A stretch of DNA of 62,123 nt, filler included, from Choristocarpus tenellus KU-1152 (GCA_964200185.2; 10 parts of 10 records of this genome joined end to end with filler, not necessarily neighbours in it); one strand, 5' to 3'. Numbered from the whole stretch's first letter, positions 26,454 to 41,000 are shown. The notes: a model not told the origin generated them from the sequence alone. Translations and numbers: made by a program.

Positions 26454-28285
26454 TTGAAATTTGTTAGTGGTAACATGCATACATCAACCCTAACCCCAAC
26501 TCAATAACCAATACACAACTTGCTCGTGTGCTTTTTTTCCTACATTGTTTTCATTTGAAGAATATATTCAATGATGCACTATAATTGACTATCGTCCTTG
26601 CTAGTCCTTCACCCTGTCTAAATATTAATATGAATAACAATGTTTACGATAATAATATAAAGGTGGAGTAATGATGATGTAGTACTAGTAGTATGTCATT
26701 GCAATAATGGATGGGCTGAAACACTTTGACACTTCATATACAACTGAGTGTGATTATCTTGGTTTTTGTATCATACCATGAAGCATTTTTGGAGGGGGTG
26801 ACATATTTATTGTGCTCTTGCCAAGGTCGTTTGTGTATGTGTATGATGATGAAATCGTTTCTAACACTTTTCTTTGTTTTTTTTCTTCTCATTAATCGGT
26901 AGATCTATTCTCAGTGACACTGCATTGTGGTCGAGTCAAGGACCTGTGATTGAGAGATCTCGACCTTATTTTTGTTATTTTTGTGTAATGCTCACCAACG
27001 TTTGTGTGACCCTGTTGTGTGACACTTTCTTACGAAGAACAGCGAATATTAACTATTCAGTATATATAGTATTAATTTTACTTTTCGGGGTTAAATTGTA
27101 GTTATACTGTGGAGTTGAGTATTTCTATTCAAAATATATTCTTTTTTCAGTATAATTATTTTATGCTCTCATTTTTTGTTTTGTCTTTGATGGCGGGTTC
27201 TAGAATATTATATGCTGTTGCTTGCTTTCTTCATGACAAGTTGTTCAAAATATTTTGAGGATCCTTGCAGCATCAAACATTGAATCCAACTGTTCAAATC
27301 AATCTTAAATCTACTAGTATCCCCAACTAATCCTAACCCTAACCATCTAAAGCTGTAAAAAGGAACCATGATATTGACAGTAAAATGTGGCTATGATGAA
27401 GAACACTACCTCTACCCCTAACCATTATTCTCTGATTGTTTATTAACAATATATGTTAATAGGTGTGCTCCTCCAATTACCCTCTGGGAGGAGTGGTTTT
27501 CCTTGAGATGTGTGTGGTGTTAGAGGCCACTGGAATGTCTTCCGAAGCGCAGGACATCTACAAATTGCTGAGGAGGTTCAATAACAGAGATGTGAAGAGA
27601 GCAAGGCCAGAAAGCAATAATATATATACAAATACATGGTATTTATACTCTTTCAATAGCACTACTAATTTGAACAGAGATGGGGTTAGGGTTATTATGA
27701 AGAGTGAGGAAGTTTTTATGCTTGCTTCAACACAAGGGTTAGGGTTAGTTGAGTATATATCTCATATATATGCATTTCTATGTAGAAGAGGAACTATGAT
27801 ATTGATGTCTTCCTGGGATTTTTCTACTTTTTTCCAAATTTCATATATTTATATGCTTCTAAGAAATATATATTATTAGCTGAACTTTTTGGTATGGAGC
27901 AAAACAGTAGTTGTTGTATTGCATGCTGCGTGGACTTGTCTTCTGTATACTGTATACTGGCGAACAAACCGCACATTGATTTGACGTGTCCCTATGTGAA
28001 GGGTGTGTGGTCTGTGTCATGCCAAGCATTTTGCTAATGTTCATGATCTATGCTTCAATCTCACCTATATCTTCTCCTTCCTATTTTTGTGTTTGGCTCA
28101 TTTAACCCACTATGCGCATATGTACTGAGATCCTTACTGAATTTAGCGTGTTTGTAGAAAAATATCAAATCAATTCAGTATGTATAGAATAATCCGATTT
28201 TCGAAGTCCATTTTTATCGCAATTCTCTGTTACATCTTTCCATCTTTTCACTGTCGGTGAAGGGCTGAATGAAGGCCTAGAAGCA

Positions 28286-30627
28286 ATGGACTTTCTCAAG
28301 TACAGTCGAACTGGGGAGGCAGAGGTGGTGTCTGAATTTTCAAGGATGAGGTCCGCCTCTTACGAGCAAATATCCCTCAAGACGGATGACCGGTTCGCTG
28401 CAACATACTTCGTGAAGGACAGATGGAAGGCCGGAGCAGTCCAAGGTCTTCAGTGTCAGCGACGCCAAGGATGTGAGTTAGGGTTAGGGTTCGGGAGAGT
28501 GTTAACAAAAACTCCACCTGAATTTTTTTTTTCGGCAGTTACCTGGTTTGGAATTTATTTCTGCTTGATGAATTGAGTGTAAGTAGCAGTTTTTGTCCGT
28601 TGCTGAGGAAAAGAAGTCTTGATTAGTGTTCGCTGTGGTCTATGTACTCTTGTTGATATTTGAATATTTGGTTCAAAATGGAGGCCAATGTAGAATGGTC
28701 TCTTTCAAGAAGACCAGTTCCCGTTTCTATTTCAGGGGATAGACCTTGTAACATAGCTTTGAGGCTACAAAAAACAATAATGTACATACTATTATCAAAA
28801 ACAAAGCAAACACATGTCCACAGCTCCATGGGGATCTACTCTTATCATAGGTGGTGATAACTAACCCCTATCGTTGGGGACACTGGGTTTTATGTTGCTT
28901 CTATGGCGTTGCCTTGGGGGACAATTTCGAAATATTAGATTTATGGTTGGAGAAAGGTAATGGAGTGAGGCATAATATGAAATATCACTCCTGAGGCAAC
29001 CTTTTCAGCAGCCATACTCCCCCCCTTCCCCCATGCATGCAATCAATTGCCATATGTACCCCGCAGGCGCTCCTTGCTTCAGACGGGTTCAAGGGCAGCC
29101 TATCAGACTTCCAAGATCTCCAAGTCCTTGAGTTCCTCGAGGGTCAATCTGAGGGCGCTGCAAGGGCTGCAGATATGGACCAAGAAGCTCTTCAACAAAG
29201 GGAGGAATACAAACTGGAAGTAGCAAGGGCGGGGCAGCCAAAGAGGAAGAGGCAGAGGGAGGAGAGTCTGAGAGGCTGGGTGAGGGAGAAGGAAGAGTCT
29301 CGCCTGGTTTAATGTCTCTTGTGAGAGATCCTGCATCGATAGGGGAGAGACTTAAGAGGACTTGGCGATTTTCCGTAAGGGCAGAGCGCAGGTGTGTGCC
29401 TGTGTGGGGTTAAGGGGTGGTTTTGTAGTGTGTTCCCAGCAAACTAATCCTAATGATGGTAAAGAGGAGACGTTTTTCAAACGGTTGGGTTAGGTAACAC
29501 AATTGGTTGTCTATTATACTATTGTATGAATGACTCTTTATCTTTCTTCTGGTGTTTTTTTCCAGTCCTGACCCTGACCCTAACCTCAATCCCCCCAATA
29601 AATAAACATATAATGAACATGTTATTGCAAACTTTGTTTACACGAGTTCCAACTTACATGTTGTTGTGGCTTTATAAATATTCTAGGCATCTTGGTGTCG
29701 TATGCTTTGATTTTATTGTCACGAACCTCATGTGATGTATCTCACAGGGATAGCTCCTCTATGTATTTGGTGCGAAGGTGGATGACCCACTGTGCTGAAA
29801 TGACAGTTACACTATCCATCTGTTGTGCCTTGAATTTTGTTCTGTGTGAAAGTATTTTAGAGGGTAAGAACTTTGCCCTGTTTGTCCATTTGGGGCTTGG
29901 CTTCCCATGGGTATTTTATGACATTTTACCTACCCCGAAAACATTTCAGGGTAGGTTATAATACGTTATTAAAATGTGTGTCCGGAACAAGGATATTGAC
30001 ACTTCCTAACAAACACAAGAGCCAAAATTACATCAAAATCCCAAATGGACACGGCTCTACCCTCTAAGATAATTTTACTCTTTCTGCACTGGATATGGAT
30101 GATGCTCTTATCAGAATATTTTCCAAGCAATGGGTGGACAATTTAGCTGTGCAGAGCATCCTTGAGGATTGTCTAGTCAGTACCTGAACTTCTGGTCCTG
30201 TTTGGCCTTGAGGTTAGAAGTATCTATCTTCCTCTGGCTAATCTCTCCTAGTGTTTGCTCCTGGTAAGAATCAATTTTTGTTCACTTCCCTCTTCATCTC
30301 TTTCATGCGTCAATCCTTTTTTTTCCCTCTGTGTATATTTTGTTTCATTCTGACCTCGTATCTCTGTACATGTCCAACCGTATTGTGTGCCAATATGATT
30401 CGAAAATATATATTATTGATATGGTAATGATTAGTATAATAATAGTTATCCTTATCCTCTCTCTGCAGCGTGGAATACAACAAGAAAGAGGCTCGTTTGA
30501 CTCTTGGTGGTGGTAGTGATGGCATGGCTGCTGTTCTATTACGGTCACCTGGGCTTGCCTCAATTGAGAATATCGGGACCTGGGTACTGGACTAGGAGAG
30601 TCGAATCGTGTCATTGCAATCCCAAAG
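28286..30627 (+). pseudogene. Decayed multi-exon gene of unknown family
   Basis: Exon-like blocks 28286-28472, 29067-29391 and 30469-30627 have good splice sites. Continuity needs a frameshift near 28417 and read-through of in-frame stops; a MITE sits at 29844. Confidence 0.45.
29844..30080 (+). mobile_element. MITE family A copy
   Basis: TIRs GTGTGAAAGTATTTTAGAGGGTA / TACCCTCTAAGATAATTTTACTC with the family internal sequence. Confidence 0.9.
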
Positions 30628-31921
30628 GTACTTGCAACAAGCAGTCAAGTAAGATCATTGATCCGGGTGTTTTTGGTGTTGTTGAATCTCGATTGTATCA
30701 ATTGGATCGATATAATTATGTAGAACCTCCTGATGAATTGAAACCGACAGTTGAGGGGTGGTTTTTGATTGGATACTTTTTCTTGTGATTCCACATATGC
30801 AGATAGACAACAGAGATTGACAAATCGCAGCGACCCGATCGTGCCCTGCTTGTGTTTATTTGTTATTTTAGTCTATTGGTAGTGGAGTTCACGGAAGTGT
30901 CTTAGTTGATATAGCTCCTAATCATAGAGGATTTAACTATTGATTCACAACGCTATTGAAATAGAAATTTTGCATTCTTGAGAGTGGAATTTCCTTCAGA
31001 GCCCTGGTGGTGAGCAATTGTTACCTAAGATCAAAAATGGTTGTTTGGTTATTGGTGATAGGGTTAAGGATGCCGCAAGTACACTTGACATATTCTAGAA
31101 GATGTACAAATCGTTCCACTACTAATGGAGCTAATAATTCTCGGCTCGGGTGTTATCACAGCTTGATCCCACCGAGTATGAGGTAGACCTCCTGTACCTT
31201 TTACCTTTCTCCTTTAGAAGTTAATTGCTTACTCTTCCCCTTCCATTCAAATCACTTTTGAGCCCTTGTCGTATTTTGTTGACCTTTTCCTCCTCTTTGA
31301 CATTCTATCAAGTGTTTAGCTCGGTTGGGTTATATTGATTCTATCCTCATGGGACAGGATAAGAGGTGGTTTGTTTCTTTTGAAAATCTGCTTTTGATGA
31401 AGATCTTGGACACCAGTGTCTCAGATACAGGTGTACAGAAAACACACACCAAAAGTCAGTACTAAGCACAAAAGGATCATTTATTTGTCGATCATTTTAT
31501 GGGTACAGTAGTGATTATATATTTGTCCCTCAGAAGCTACTTAATATTAGCCATTGATGATTTCCAACCTTCTAATGCATTTCATTGTCCTACGCTACTT
31601 GTTGGCAGGGCCACATGGGGCGGGCTCTGCCCCAAGGGAGGGGGGCCAGGAAGACCTGGAGGTGATTGTTGTGGGATGAAAAGACGCTTGTAACAGATTC
31701 GTTGACACCTGGCCTCAAGGTCAACCGTTCCCGACCCCTTAAGCATCGATTGTGGGTTCGTGATTCTCCATAGGTTTCGGGTTACAAATGTTCGCGTACT
31801 GATTGATCCTACTTACCCAGATTAGACTTGTTCTGGAGGCAGCAGAACCGCTCTACTACATGGCTCGACCGAGGACTATTCTTGGGTTGTGTTGCGTTTG
31901 CTGCTTCTTCTTTTGATTAAT

Positions 31922-32076
31922 GACCCAAAGTATCTGGGAGGGGTGGGGGGGGGGGCTCTACACCAAGGTGTCCATTTGGACCAAAATCAGGAAAGTGCAT
32001 TTAGATTATCCATCCGACGTATGCAACAAAAAAAAAAAAAAATCGTGACATGGAAAAATTGACCCCAAATGGACAG
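31922..32076 (-). mobile_element. MITE family B copy (truncated by contig end)
   Basis: GACCCAAAGTATCTGGG + G-run + CTACACCAAGGTGTCCATTTGG; reverse-orientation homolog of 42272-42453. Confidence 0.9.
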
Positions 32077-32188
32077 NNNNNNNNNNNNNNNNNNNNNNNN
32101 NNNNNNNNNNNNNNNNNNNNTTAATTAATTAANNNNNNNNNNNNNNNNNNNNNNNNNNNNNNNNNNNNNNNNNNNNATCTCCCTCCAG

Positions 32189-35100
32189 TCCGAAATCAAG
32201 AAGTACGAGGAAGAGCAGGGGGTGGAGGAGCAACAGCGGGTGGCAATCATTCGAGACCTGCACGAGAGGGCAGACGCTCAGAAGGCAGCGGATGAGGAGT
32301 GGGCGAGGAGAGTCGAAGTTGCGCAAACTGTGGCGGACCGTCTAGCCAAGAAGGTATCATTCCTCTCTCTTGCTGCATGTGGACCGCTTGGACAACACAA
32401 GATTTTGTTTGTAGTATGCGAGGTCAGGTCACATGGCCCTTGGGTCCTCCAAATTGGAAAAAAAAAAAACTTTTTTTTTGCAGTAAGTGTGCCCTTTTTC
32501 CGAGGTCTTGGGTGAGACTCTTTTTGAAGATTTCCCAAAAGGGTCCAGTGGTGGTGTCTACCACTCAACCCAATCAATCTCTTCGAGCATGAACAACAAA
32601 GTTTGGTTGATCTTCTTACAATATCGGAGCTCATGAGTTGTTGTATTGGTTCCCTGTTCCGTTCCACAGGCTCAGTCGATCTTCTTCAAAATTCAGTGTG
32701 ATCAGTACCTGCAAGCAGTTGCCAAGGATGCAACAGGCGAGAAAGCTGCTGGTCTTCAGTCCATGGCCAGCACATTGACTGGACAGGGAATAACCGCATC
32801 TAACATCCTGGACTACATGAGCCTTATTGAGCAAAGATCAGTTCAGGTGAGGTCCACCAACCTTTTGGGAGGGGTACAGTACCAGCATTTAAGCTTGAGG
32901 CAGAATAAAGGAGAGGCATTCAGGTTTTGGCCGTTTTGTAAATTAAGCCTGTTTTTTCAAACTTTTGCAGTTCACCCATATTTCTACAGGTGAAGTTCTA
33001 GTTTTGAATTGAGAGCGTTGATTTCTCTATTGTTTTAGAATTTTTCGACAAAAATGCAGAAAATATTCTCTATGTATTTGTACATAAAAATACAATTTTG
33101 CACACGTTTGTCAGCATCCTTAAAGTGCTGCTCTCATTCACTTCGACTCAATGCCCCATTTTTTTTTGAAGCAGTTAGCACTCTATCACCACCAAGCCTC
33201 AGACATACTGTGTTGATCCCAAGGGTTAAAGCTACATGGAGAACCAACGCCTATACATAGAACATAATCTCTTTTCAATGCCTAGAATAGCTGCAGACTG
33301 TAGGCCCTGTGGGCCTGGGGTTCATTGGTGCACCTTTGCATACCGTCAACCACTTGCATCTCCAGCCCATGCCTTTTAAAACACAAATCAGTGCTTGATA
33401 TCTTGATGCGCAGTTTTTTGCGCATTGTTAAGGCGTTGCCTGATGAGTGAAAGTATCTTGGAGGGTACGAGTTTTGCCCTGTTTGTCAGTCTGGGGCTTG
33501 GCTTCCCACAGGTTTTCAATGACATTTTCCTATTCCAAAATGTTTCGGAATAGGTAAAATGTACACGTTTTGGAATAGGTTTCACGTATAAAACTATAAA
33601 ACGTTGTGTCTGGAACAAGAATATTGACACTTCCTTACAAATACAATAGCCAAAATTACATCCAATCACAACAGTGAAATTTTGGCCCCCAAACGGATGC
33701 AGCTCTACCCTCTAAGAGACTTGGACTCTGATGGAGCTTACACAAGCGACATTTGGTCAATGCTATACCGAGTTGAACATGCTGTCCATGCACTCTTTGA
33801 AGTCTTTCACACAAAGAGAGTTGTCCATCCAACTAAGCAACATGAACATTAAGGTACAGTGTTATCATTTGCTCAGGATAGACTGACTCTATTTCGCAAA
33901 TCATGCTAACACCAATAACAAACCCTCCACTAATTCACACCGATCCATCCATCCATCCATCAATCCAACTACATGGTTGTTACGTATTTCTGTCAGAGGA
34001 CATAGTAGCAAGAGAGAGGCTCTCATCATGCACGTATGTATTTCCTCATTACCTCAGTTAGTGCTCAAGTGGTTCCAAGTCTCCTTCCTTGATCCACCAC
34101 TAGATGCCAGACGATGCCATAGGTATATGTGTCTCTCTTGTAGTGTATGCTAGTATTGTGTGTCAAACAGGCAGTACATTCCATTGTTTAACAGGTGTCA
34201 AGAGCATCAAAATGCTGCTGAATAAACTGCTTGATAGTTTGATCCACAGTGCCTAGCTCTGCTACTTGTAATAGGTCTCCACTGGAATGCACCTCTCTTG
34301 CAGAAGTCACCTACTAGTGCTTTGAAGAGTAAACAATTCTGAGAATGCAAACAATTCTGAACTTTCGAGTTGAAGTATCTTAGGGTTAGGGTACGAGTTT
34401 TGCCCTGTTTGTCCGTTTGGGGCTTGGCTTCCCATGAACTTTTTAATAACATTTTCCTACTCTGAAATGTTTCAGAGTAGGTAAAAGTTCTGCGTCATGA
34501 AAAGTTGTGTCCTGAACAAGGATATTGAGGCTTACTAACAAACACGATAGCCAAAATTGACATCTAAATCGCAACATTGGATTTTGGCGTCTACATGGAA
34601 GCGGCTCTACCCTAACCCTAAGATAATTTGACTCTTCCACAATAGCTCCCTCCTGGACAAACACGTTTTGACCAGGCACCTGTGGCATGTTTAAGCCCAC
34701 AGTTACTTAGAACGCCCGTACAAGTTTGCTGGGCTTGCATCTGCAATAGTACATATTTATGATAGTCTCCTCTCATCATTGACTTGGAGATCCCTACGCA
34801 TCCTCACCTGTGCATCACGTACCTCAACTTTTTTTTTGCTCAGTCATGCTTTTTTGCTCAGTGTTCTGCATGGTATTTTCCAGTGCCTTTGTTGTTCGTA
34901 CATAAACAATTTGGGTGGGCTGCCATGCGAAATTGATAGGTTCAACAGGTTCTGCTGACAGAATCGACTTTCTTTTTTTTTTCGGAGCATGCCGCTTTGC
35001 TGGCTCTACTAGTTAGTGGGGGAAATGGACTAAGTGTAATATACACTGCTGTGATGGGTTGAGATTAATTGCTTTTGTCCATTTACGTTGTTATTATCTT

Positions 35101-35905
35101 TTTACTTCAGTTTGATCCCTTACTGCACTCACCATCCCAACATTTCTACAGCTTGCATTTCCTGTAAATTGTAGCTAGGCTATTTGGATCGAACAAGATT
35201 TCCTCTTGAATACATATCTTCATAGCATCATGAAAATCCTCAAGGTCCTGAGAAGGTTTGTCTCAAAATCAAGGGAACTGTCCTGTGTTGAGCATACTTA
35301 ACACAAATTTTACATAAATACACCCACTGCAATTCCCCAGCTTCGGAGCAATTCTCTCTTGGAAAAATCTTCCTATTTTTCTCTCATAGGTTTCATTGAA
35401 CTCTGTGCAGAAATTGGATGGCGTTTCAGCTACACCTAGACTAGAGCAGCACATGTACTTGGAAGGCACTACTATGAAGGTCCTCACCCAATTACAGCAT
35501 GCGGAGTAGCTCTTCGCTGATCTTCACTCAAGACTCACATAACTCTTCAAAAAAATGAGCTGATGTGGCCTTGTCAATGCCCCTGTTCTTGCTGCACCAA
35601 AACAGGTGATTGGCAACTACACCATGAAGCTTTTGTCTAACGATCCAGATGCCACTCCTATGTCTGGTCCTTGTCGGCCTCCAAGTTGGGAACTCCAAGA
35701 GCAAAGTCCGTACCTGGACCTGTCAGGTGAAGAGTCGGAAGGAGAGGAGATCACGGGGGACAGACCTCTGTCGCTGGAGGAGGCCCGAAAGGAGGTTGAG
35801 GAGAAGATTAGCAGAAAGGCAAGTAGACCTCAAATGCACGATCACTTTGAACTCACCTCTGTACCCATGCCAAAGATTGTGGAAGCCGAGGAGATTGAAC
35901 TGTGA
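32189..35905 (+). CDS. ODAD1: Outer dynein arm docking complex subunit DC2-like (ODA1/CCDC114/CCDC63 family), C-terminal three exons
   Basis: Exons 32189-32353, 32670-32846 and 35606-35905, all phase 0. QSIFFKIQCD, GQGITASNILDYMSLIEQR and an acidic stretch followed by RPLSLEEAR match the family pattern (GVTESNMMQYLGIIEQR, RPLTREEL). Paralog identity is uncertain. Confidence 0.8.
32897..33149 (+). mobile_element. MITE family D copy (diverged)
   Basis: Homologous along its length to 36264-36522 and to the reverse complement of 42456-42713; ends GAG...CTC. Confidence 0.75.
33445..33728 (+). mobile_element. MITE family A copy, TSD TGAT
   Basis: GAGTGAAAGTATCTT...GGACTC flanked by TGAT on both sides. 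Confidence 0.93.
34367..34634 (+). mobile_element. MITE family A copy with TTAGGG units in both TIRs, TSD TTC
   Basis: AGTATCTTAGGGTTAGGGTA...TACCCTAACCCTAAGATA. Confidence 0.93.
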
Positions 35906-36263
35906 ACAAAAATCTTGAAATGAGGTGTATAGGATGTTGTATCAGTGTCTACTAGATGTTGATGGTTGTATATCATCTTCTATAGGTCCTTGACGTGGCA
36001 CTCACATAAACGCTAAGTTGTTTCAATAGTAGAGCAATATGCATACAAAAACATCCACACGCGCGCGCGCGCACCCGCACACACACCCAAATAGCTCAAG
36101 GGGTTCACTACAGTAGAGAGTAAAGAGGGGATGAAAACGTTCACACAAACAATTAAAATATCAGATATTAACATCTAGTTGCAGGTTTTGTCCATTTGGT
36201 CATGCGGAAGGAAAAATAGCAAGCTCTTGAGTAAAATAGCCAAAGCGATACACCACTTGCCTA

Positions 36264-36522
36264 GAGCCAAAGTAAACGAGAGGTAGGCACCCACACTTTT
36301 GGCCGTTCCGCGTTTTAAGACACTTTTTTTTATCTTTTGCAATTCACCCTTACTTCTATGGTTGAAGTTGTGAGATTGAGCAGCATCAATTTCTATTTTA
36401 TATACTTTTGGACAGAATTCAGAAAAGTTCATTTTTCGAATATGCAAAAAAGTTCAATCTTGCACATAATTGCCAGCATCCTTAAAATGCAACCCTGGGT
36501 TCCTCTCGTTCACTTTGGGGTC
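36264..36522 (+). mobile_element. MITE family D copy
   Basis: TIRs GAGCCAAAGTAAACGAGAGG / CCTCTCGTTCACTTTGGGGTC. Confidence 0.8.
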
Positions 36523-37210
36523 CAAGCATGTTGACAAAGTTCAAGTTGACCAACTTCTCATAACTCCATTGGATGCCCTTGCCCCTCCATCAATGCTGAC
36601 ACACAGACACAGGCAGCACAACGTAAAGCAGCAATGCAGAAGAATCGCTCTTCACCAGTTAAATGGCAGGGGTTTGGGTAGAACTAGTTCAGTTGTGTGG
36701 TTCATTCACACCTTGATTGCGAATGCCCACAGTTTGCTTCATATCCATACACTGGGCCAGCTCAGCAAGGATAGCAATAATATACCAAAACTTCATGTGC
36801 AGAAGCGGCCTTGGAGTGCACACAACTGAAAATTGACATAGCAGACAAGTATCCCTCTCCCCCTACTGCGAGGTTTTCAAATCCTATGTCAAGTAATTCA
36901 CTTCCTATGTATCAGTACATGGCCCAACAAAAGGAAGTGGCAATGATCTCCATTTGCACACAATCTTTACCACTTCAACTATCCGCACTGCAGGATAATG
37001 TTGTCAGCATCATCACTTTTCCCTGGAGTACATCTGATGTGGCTGCAACTGTGTGATTATATTTTTTGCACAATGCTATCAAGCACTCTAGTACAATATA
37101 TTGAACATGCTCATCATCGCAAGACATTTGGGCATATATATTTGCCTTCACCCACTTTCATATCTTTCAAGTACTGAACAAGAAAGTCACTAATCAACAC
37201 TAACACCAAA

Positions 37211-37389
37211 GGCTCAAAGTATCTGGGGGTGTGTGGCGGCTGTCCATTCTGGGTCCATTTTTACATATCGCGTTTTTGGGGGTGATTTGGTTCCGTGCGT
37301 CGGATGCATAATATAAGTGCACTTTTCCTGGTCAGGGACCGAATGGACCCTCTGGTGTAGACCCCCCTCCCCTCCAGATACTTTGAGCC
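37211..37389 (+). mobile_element. MITE family B, complete copy, TSD AAA
   Basis: Perfect 16-bp TIR GGCTCAAAGTATCTGG / CCAGATACTTTGAGCC. Confidence 0.92.
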
Positions 37390-38067
37390 AAATTCAAAGT
37401 CCAAGGTGTTCTCCCAATTTGCATATTTGCTTGCTCACTCATCATTCCACCCACAAGGTGGAGAGTGTTCCTGCAACTGGACAGGCCCTTCAAAAAGAAG
37501 ATGTTTGAGGTTCTATCCTGTCCTGTAGAAGATCACTTGGCTACCCCTTTACCATAAAAGGACTATTTGTGTAGTAGTGTGCACTTTGCTATTTGTCGGA
37601 CTTGCAGTCACTAGCAATGCTGTGAATATGTGCTAGAGTAGATAGAGTACATATAATCAATAAAGATAAACTACTGGATCGACCGCCAACTTCTGATCTC
37701 TGTTTCATGGACTGGGAGAATTCAGGCGTGTAGAGCTCTACCTAAATACCCACAGGTGATAGCACAGCAGTGAGCGATACTGGTAGCGCTTTCTTAGTTT
37801 CTTACTATTTGGACTATTATAGCACTATTTTTCTGCGGAGTATGCCGATGCTTTCACTACTACTGATATAGTGAGACAAAAACGTTAAACTTGAAAAGTT
37901 GCAGCGAAGGGTGATGAAACGCCAGGAGGTTTCACCAAGTTCGATAATAAAGTACACGGAACATGTACCAGGAGAGCACAAAAAAATAAATAGGTGCTGA
38001 GTTGGAGGTAGAAGTGCGTCTGGCTCTTCCAGGTCAGGACCGGGGTAAGGCTTATGCTCAATCGACC

Positions 38068-41000
38068 ATGCCAGGGAGGCGGAGTTCGGCGGGACGAGCA
38101 CGCCGCCGCCAAAGTGCGAGCGAAATCGACTGGCGCTATGCTGTGAACACAACAGATGTCGCCGTCAATGGCTTCATAGACCCCGACAAAGCTATTAGGA
38201 AGCTCAAGCTCCATGGGTTGGGACTCTGGAGTATGCAGGCCTTGCTGGCGTTTATTATGACTGTGGTTGCTGTTGTTGCTGGTGAGAGGCCACAAATTCC
38301 TATTACATTTTTTGTAAGTTTATGGGGATGGGGTCGAAGCTGGACAAGTGTCCGACTGCACCACTCTGGTTAACAATATGCTCAGAGTCTCAGGAATACA
38401 TCGATGCAGAGTATGGCGTTTCAAGTAGCATTCCAGCATTTATGTCGTTGTAAACCCATACTCAATGACACGTTCGCCTGTTCCAATCTTTGTATATGCA
38501 GATATTCGGTATGGTGTCACGTACTGGTACACAAATACGGAAGCGGGGGGGAAGCTGCGGGACATGCAATATGCGTGGGCTTTCTTCAACACAATTTGTG
38601 CGATCTGTGGGGTATGGGTATACTTGTTATGGAAGGAGGTGATGGGTACAGACAGGAACCAGCAAGTTTTTCGACAAAAGGTAACCGTGTGCCAAATAAA
38701 TAACACGTATCCCCAGAAACCACTCAAACTAACTCTTGGACAATCCACATTCTGGCGAGACGTTGGAGTGGAAAGTCTGGTGAAGTTGTGATGCCTAGAC
38801 CCTATATATAACATTGTTAACATCACGACCTTCCTTTATCCAACGAACAGGTACACATATGGATTTCGTATTTCACTTGGGCGTTTGGGATCTGGACCTC
38901 TGCGGTTGTCTTGGTCAGCTTTGAAAACTACTCTTTCTCCGGTGAGACACCACATGGTTCCTTTTCTGAGCGATCAGGTTTACTACCTTGCATGTTTTCC
39001 ATTCAGTACGCTCTGACCAATAAGTATTTCTCCCTCTAGTGCTGAGGGCCTTAGTGTGAACAATTTTCTGTTCCATCCAGGACAGGCAGGCAAAAACATA
39101 ATTTCAGAGCAGGATTATCTTCTGAAAAAGTAGGCACAAGGATAAGATCCATGACGACAACAAGACCTCAATTTGATTCCCTTGCTACCTCCCACCCAGG
39201 CTTGCCTTGGATCAGTGGGCAAATCTCAGTTGTGTCTGCAGTGATGTTGTTACTCTCCGAATTAGATACATCAATATGATTGTCATGTCTCTCGCCCTCC
39301 TCCTCCCTTCCCATATACCACAGGCAACTACCCTACAGAACTCACATGTGCTTTCCTGGGAGCAGTCGCTTGCTGCTTTATTTCGGATTTATGGGGCTTG
39401 GGCAAGCTGTGCTCGCTAGGCACTTACACTGCCCGTCTGGAGGAGGAATGGAGAATTCATCCCCATGACCCCGACCAAGGCCCCCAGAATCTGATGTAAT
39501 ACTCTGGTATTTGTTGTGAAAGTGCGTTGTGTTTCTGAGCATTTGCAAATGTCGACCAGGGCATCATTACTGTATACATTTCTTGGTATTTGGACTGATG
39601 ATGTGTTATCCAGCCACTCCAAAATGTGATCTGTCCTGTTTTTTTACAATGCTTTACATGGAACTCTCACCGACCATAATTCTCATAACTGTCTTCTCCA
39701 TGCAGGGAAAATGCGCCAGAAAAAAATGTGAACAATAATGACTCCCAAGACAGACAACGTGATGAGAGGCGAAGAAGCCGGCATGAGAGGAGAGAGAGTA
39801 CAAGGGATTCAAAATCAGGTTGGTCATGCATTCCAAATGGGGAGATGGAGAAAAGTGTCAAGACTTCCAGTTTCCACTGGCACCAAAATTTACACCACCC
39901 TACTCTTTTGTTCCCCATGCAAACTCGATTTGTATGCTGCTCAGGAGTACTTTGTAGTGTACATTTCTCCATGCAATCTCACCTTCAAGAGGACAGGTTG
40001 CCATGACCATTGAGAGTGCAATGTTGCTGCAGTGCCTCCAGATTATTTGGTCATGGTTTAATCCCTCCGTAGGTAGGCTTTAGCAAGGAGCCACACGCCG
40101 TCTCATATAGGAACTCCAAATGTGTGATCGGGTAAACCTTCCTCTCACAGGGCCCTCAAGCGTATTGTTGGAGCAATCGAATTAAACTTCGCTTGAACCT
40201 GTCACAACCAACAGTGGGTCAAATTGCCTCAAATGATGTGCTTAATCCCTCTCACTAGCGCTATCAAACTAGACCTCTATAGAAATGGCATATGAACTAT
40301 GCACTCAATAGTAGTGGACTTGGAAGTTTTTGGCTTGGTAGTTTTAATGTAATAGTGGAGCTACTGTTTGGAGTTCGAGGTCTAGTGATGAACAACCAAC
40401 AACAACTAAGTACAATCACAAAATCCGCACTTTCACTTCCATCCCTGTTTTTTTTCCAATCCCTGCAACTGATCTCAGGAATTGAGGTTAGCATTAATGG
40501 GAAGGACCCAGAGGCTGGGTGAGTGTGGTTTCATAGATATGTGCTGCCCTCCCTGCTGTGCTATGTTTCTCTTCCGAACTTGAAGCCCAGTCAGCACCTT
40601 CTTGATCCCTGCACTTGGGAAATCTGCATACTCTGCAATGTACATAAATCATGTAATCCATCCCAGATATCAAGGGCATGTAGCATTGACTGCCTTGAAG
40701 TAAAATTAAGTTGAAAAATTGAAATAGTTTGGAGCTATTCCGCACAACTGTGTTGAACAGTGTATCCCAGCAGTATCTCATCAGTGTAGACTCAGGCATG
40801 CACATTCGATGGCATTCAGATCAGTGCGCTTCTCAGAGAGCTGTCCGAGACATGACAGGTCTCTTCAAGATATGCCATGGAAAAGGGGATAGAGGTGACT
40901 CTTCCAGTGGTGTTGGCTCATGGCAGGAGGACCTGGGAAGCATACACGCTGCAGCTTGCACCAAGTACATCATATGCTTTGAGTCATAGCAACTAGATGG

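Noticed and set aside
39200-39265. Extra hydrophobic exon GLPWISGQISVVSAVMLLLSEL
   Set aside because: It has an acceptor, but the full segment needs a non-canonical AT donor before an in-frame TGA. The model is in phase without it.
38068-39499. Heliorhodopsin-like appearance of the TM region
   Set aside because: The spacing of the first three helices is vaguely similar, but only four TM segments are supported, and the RxxEY motif and retinal-binding SxxxK helix are absent.
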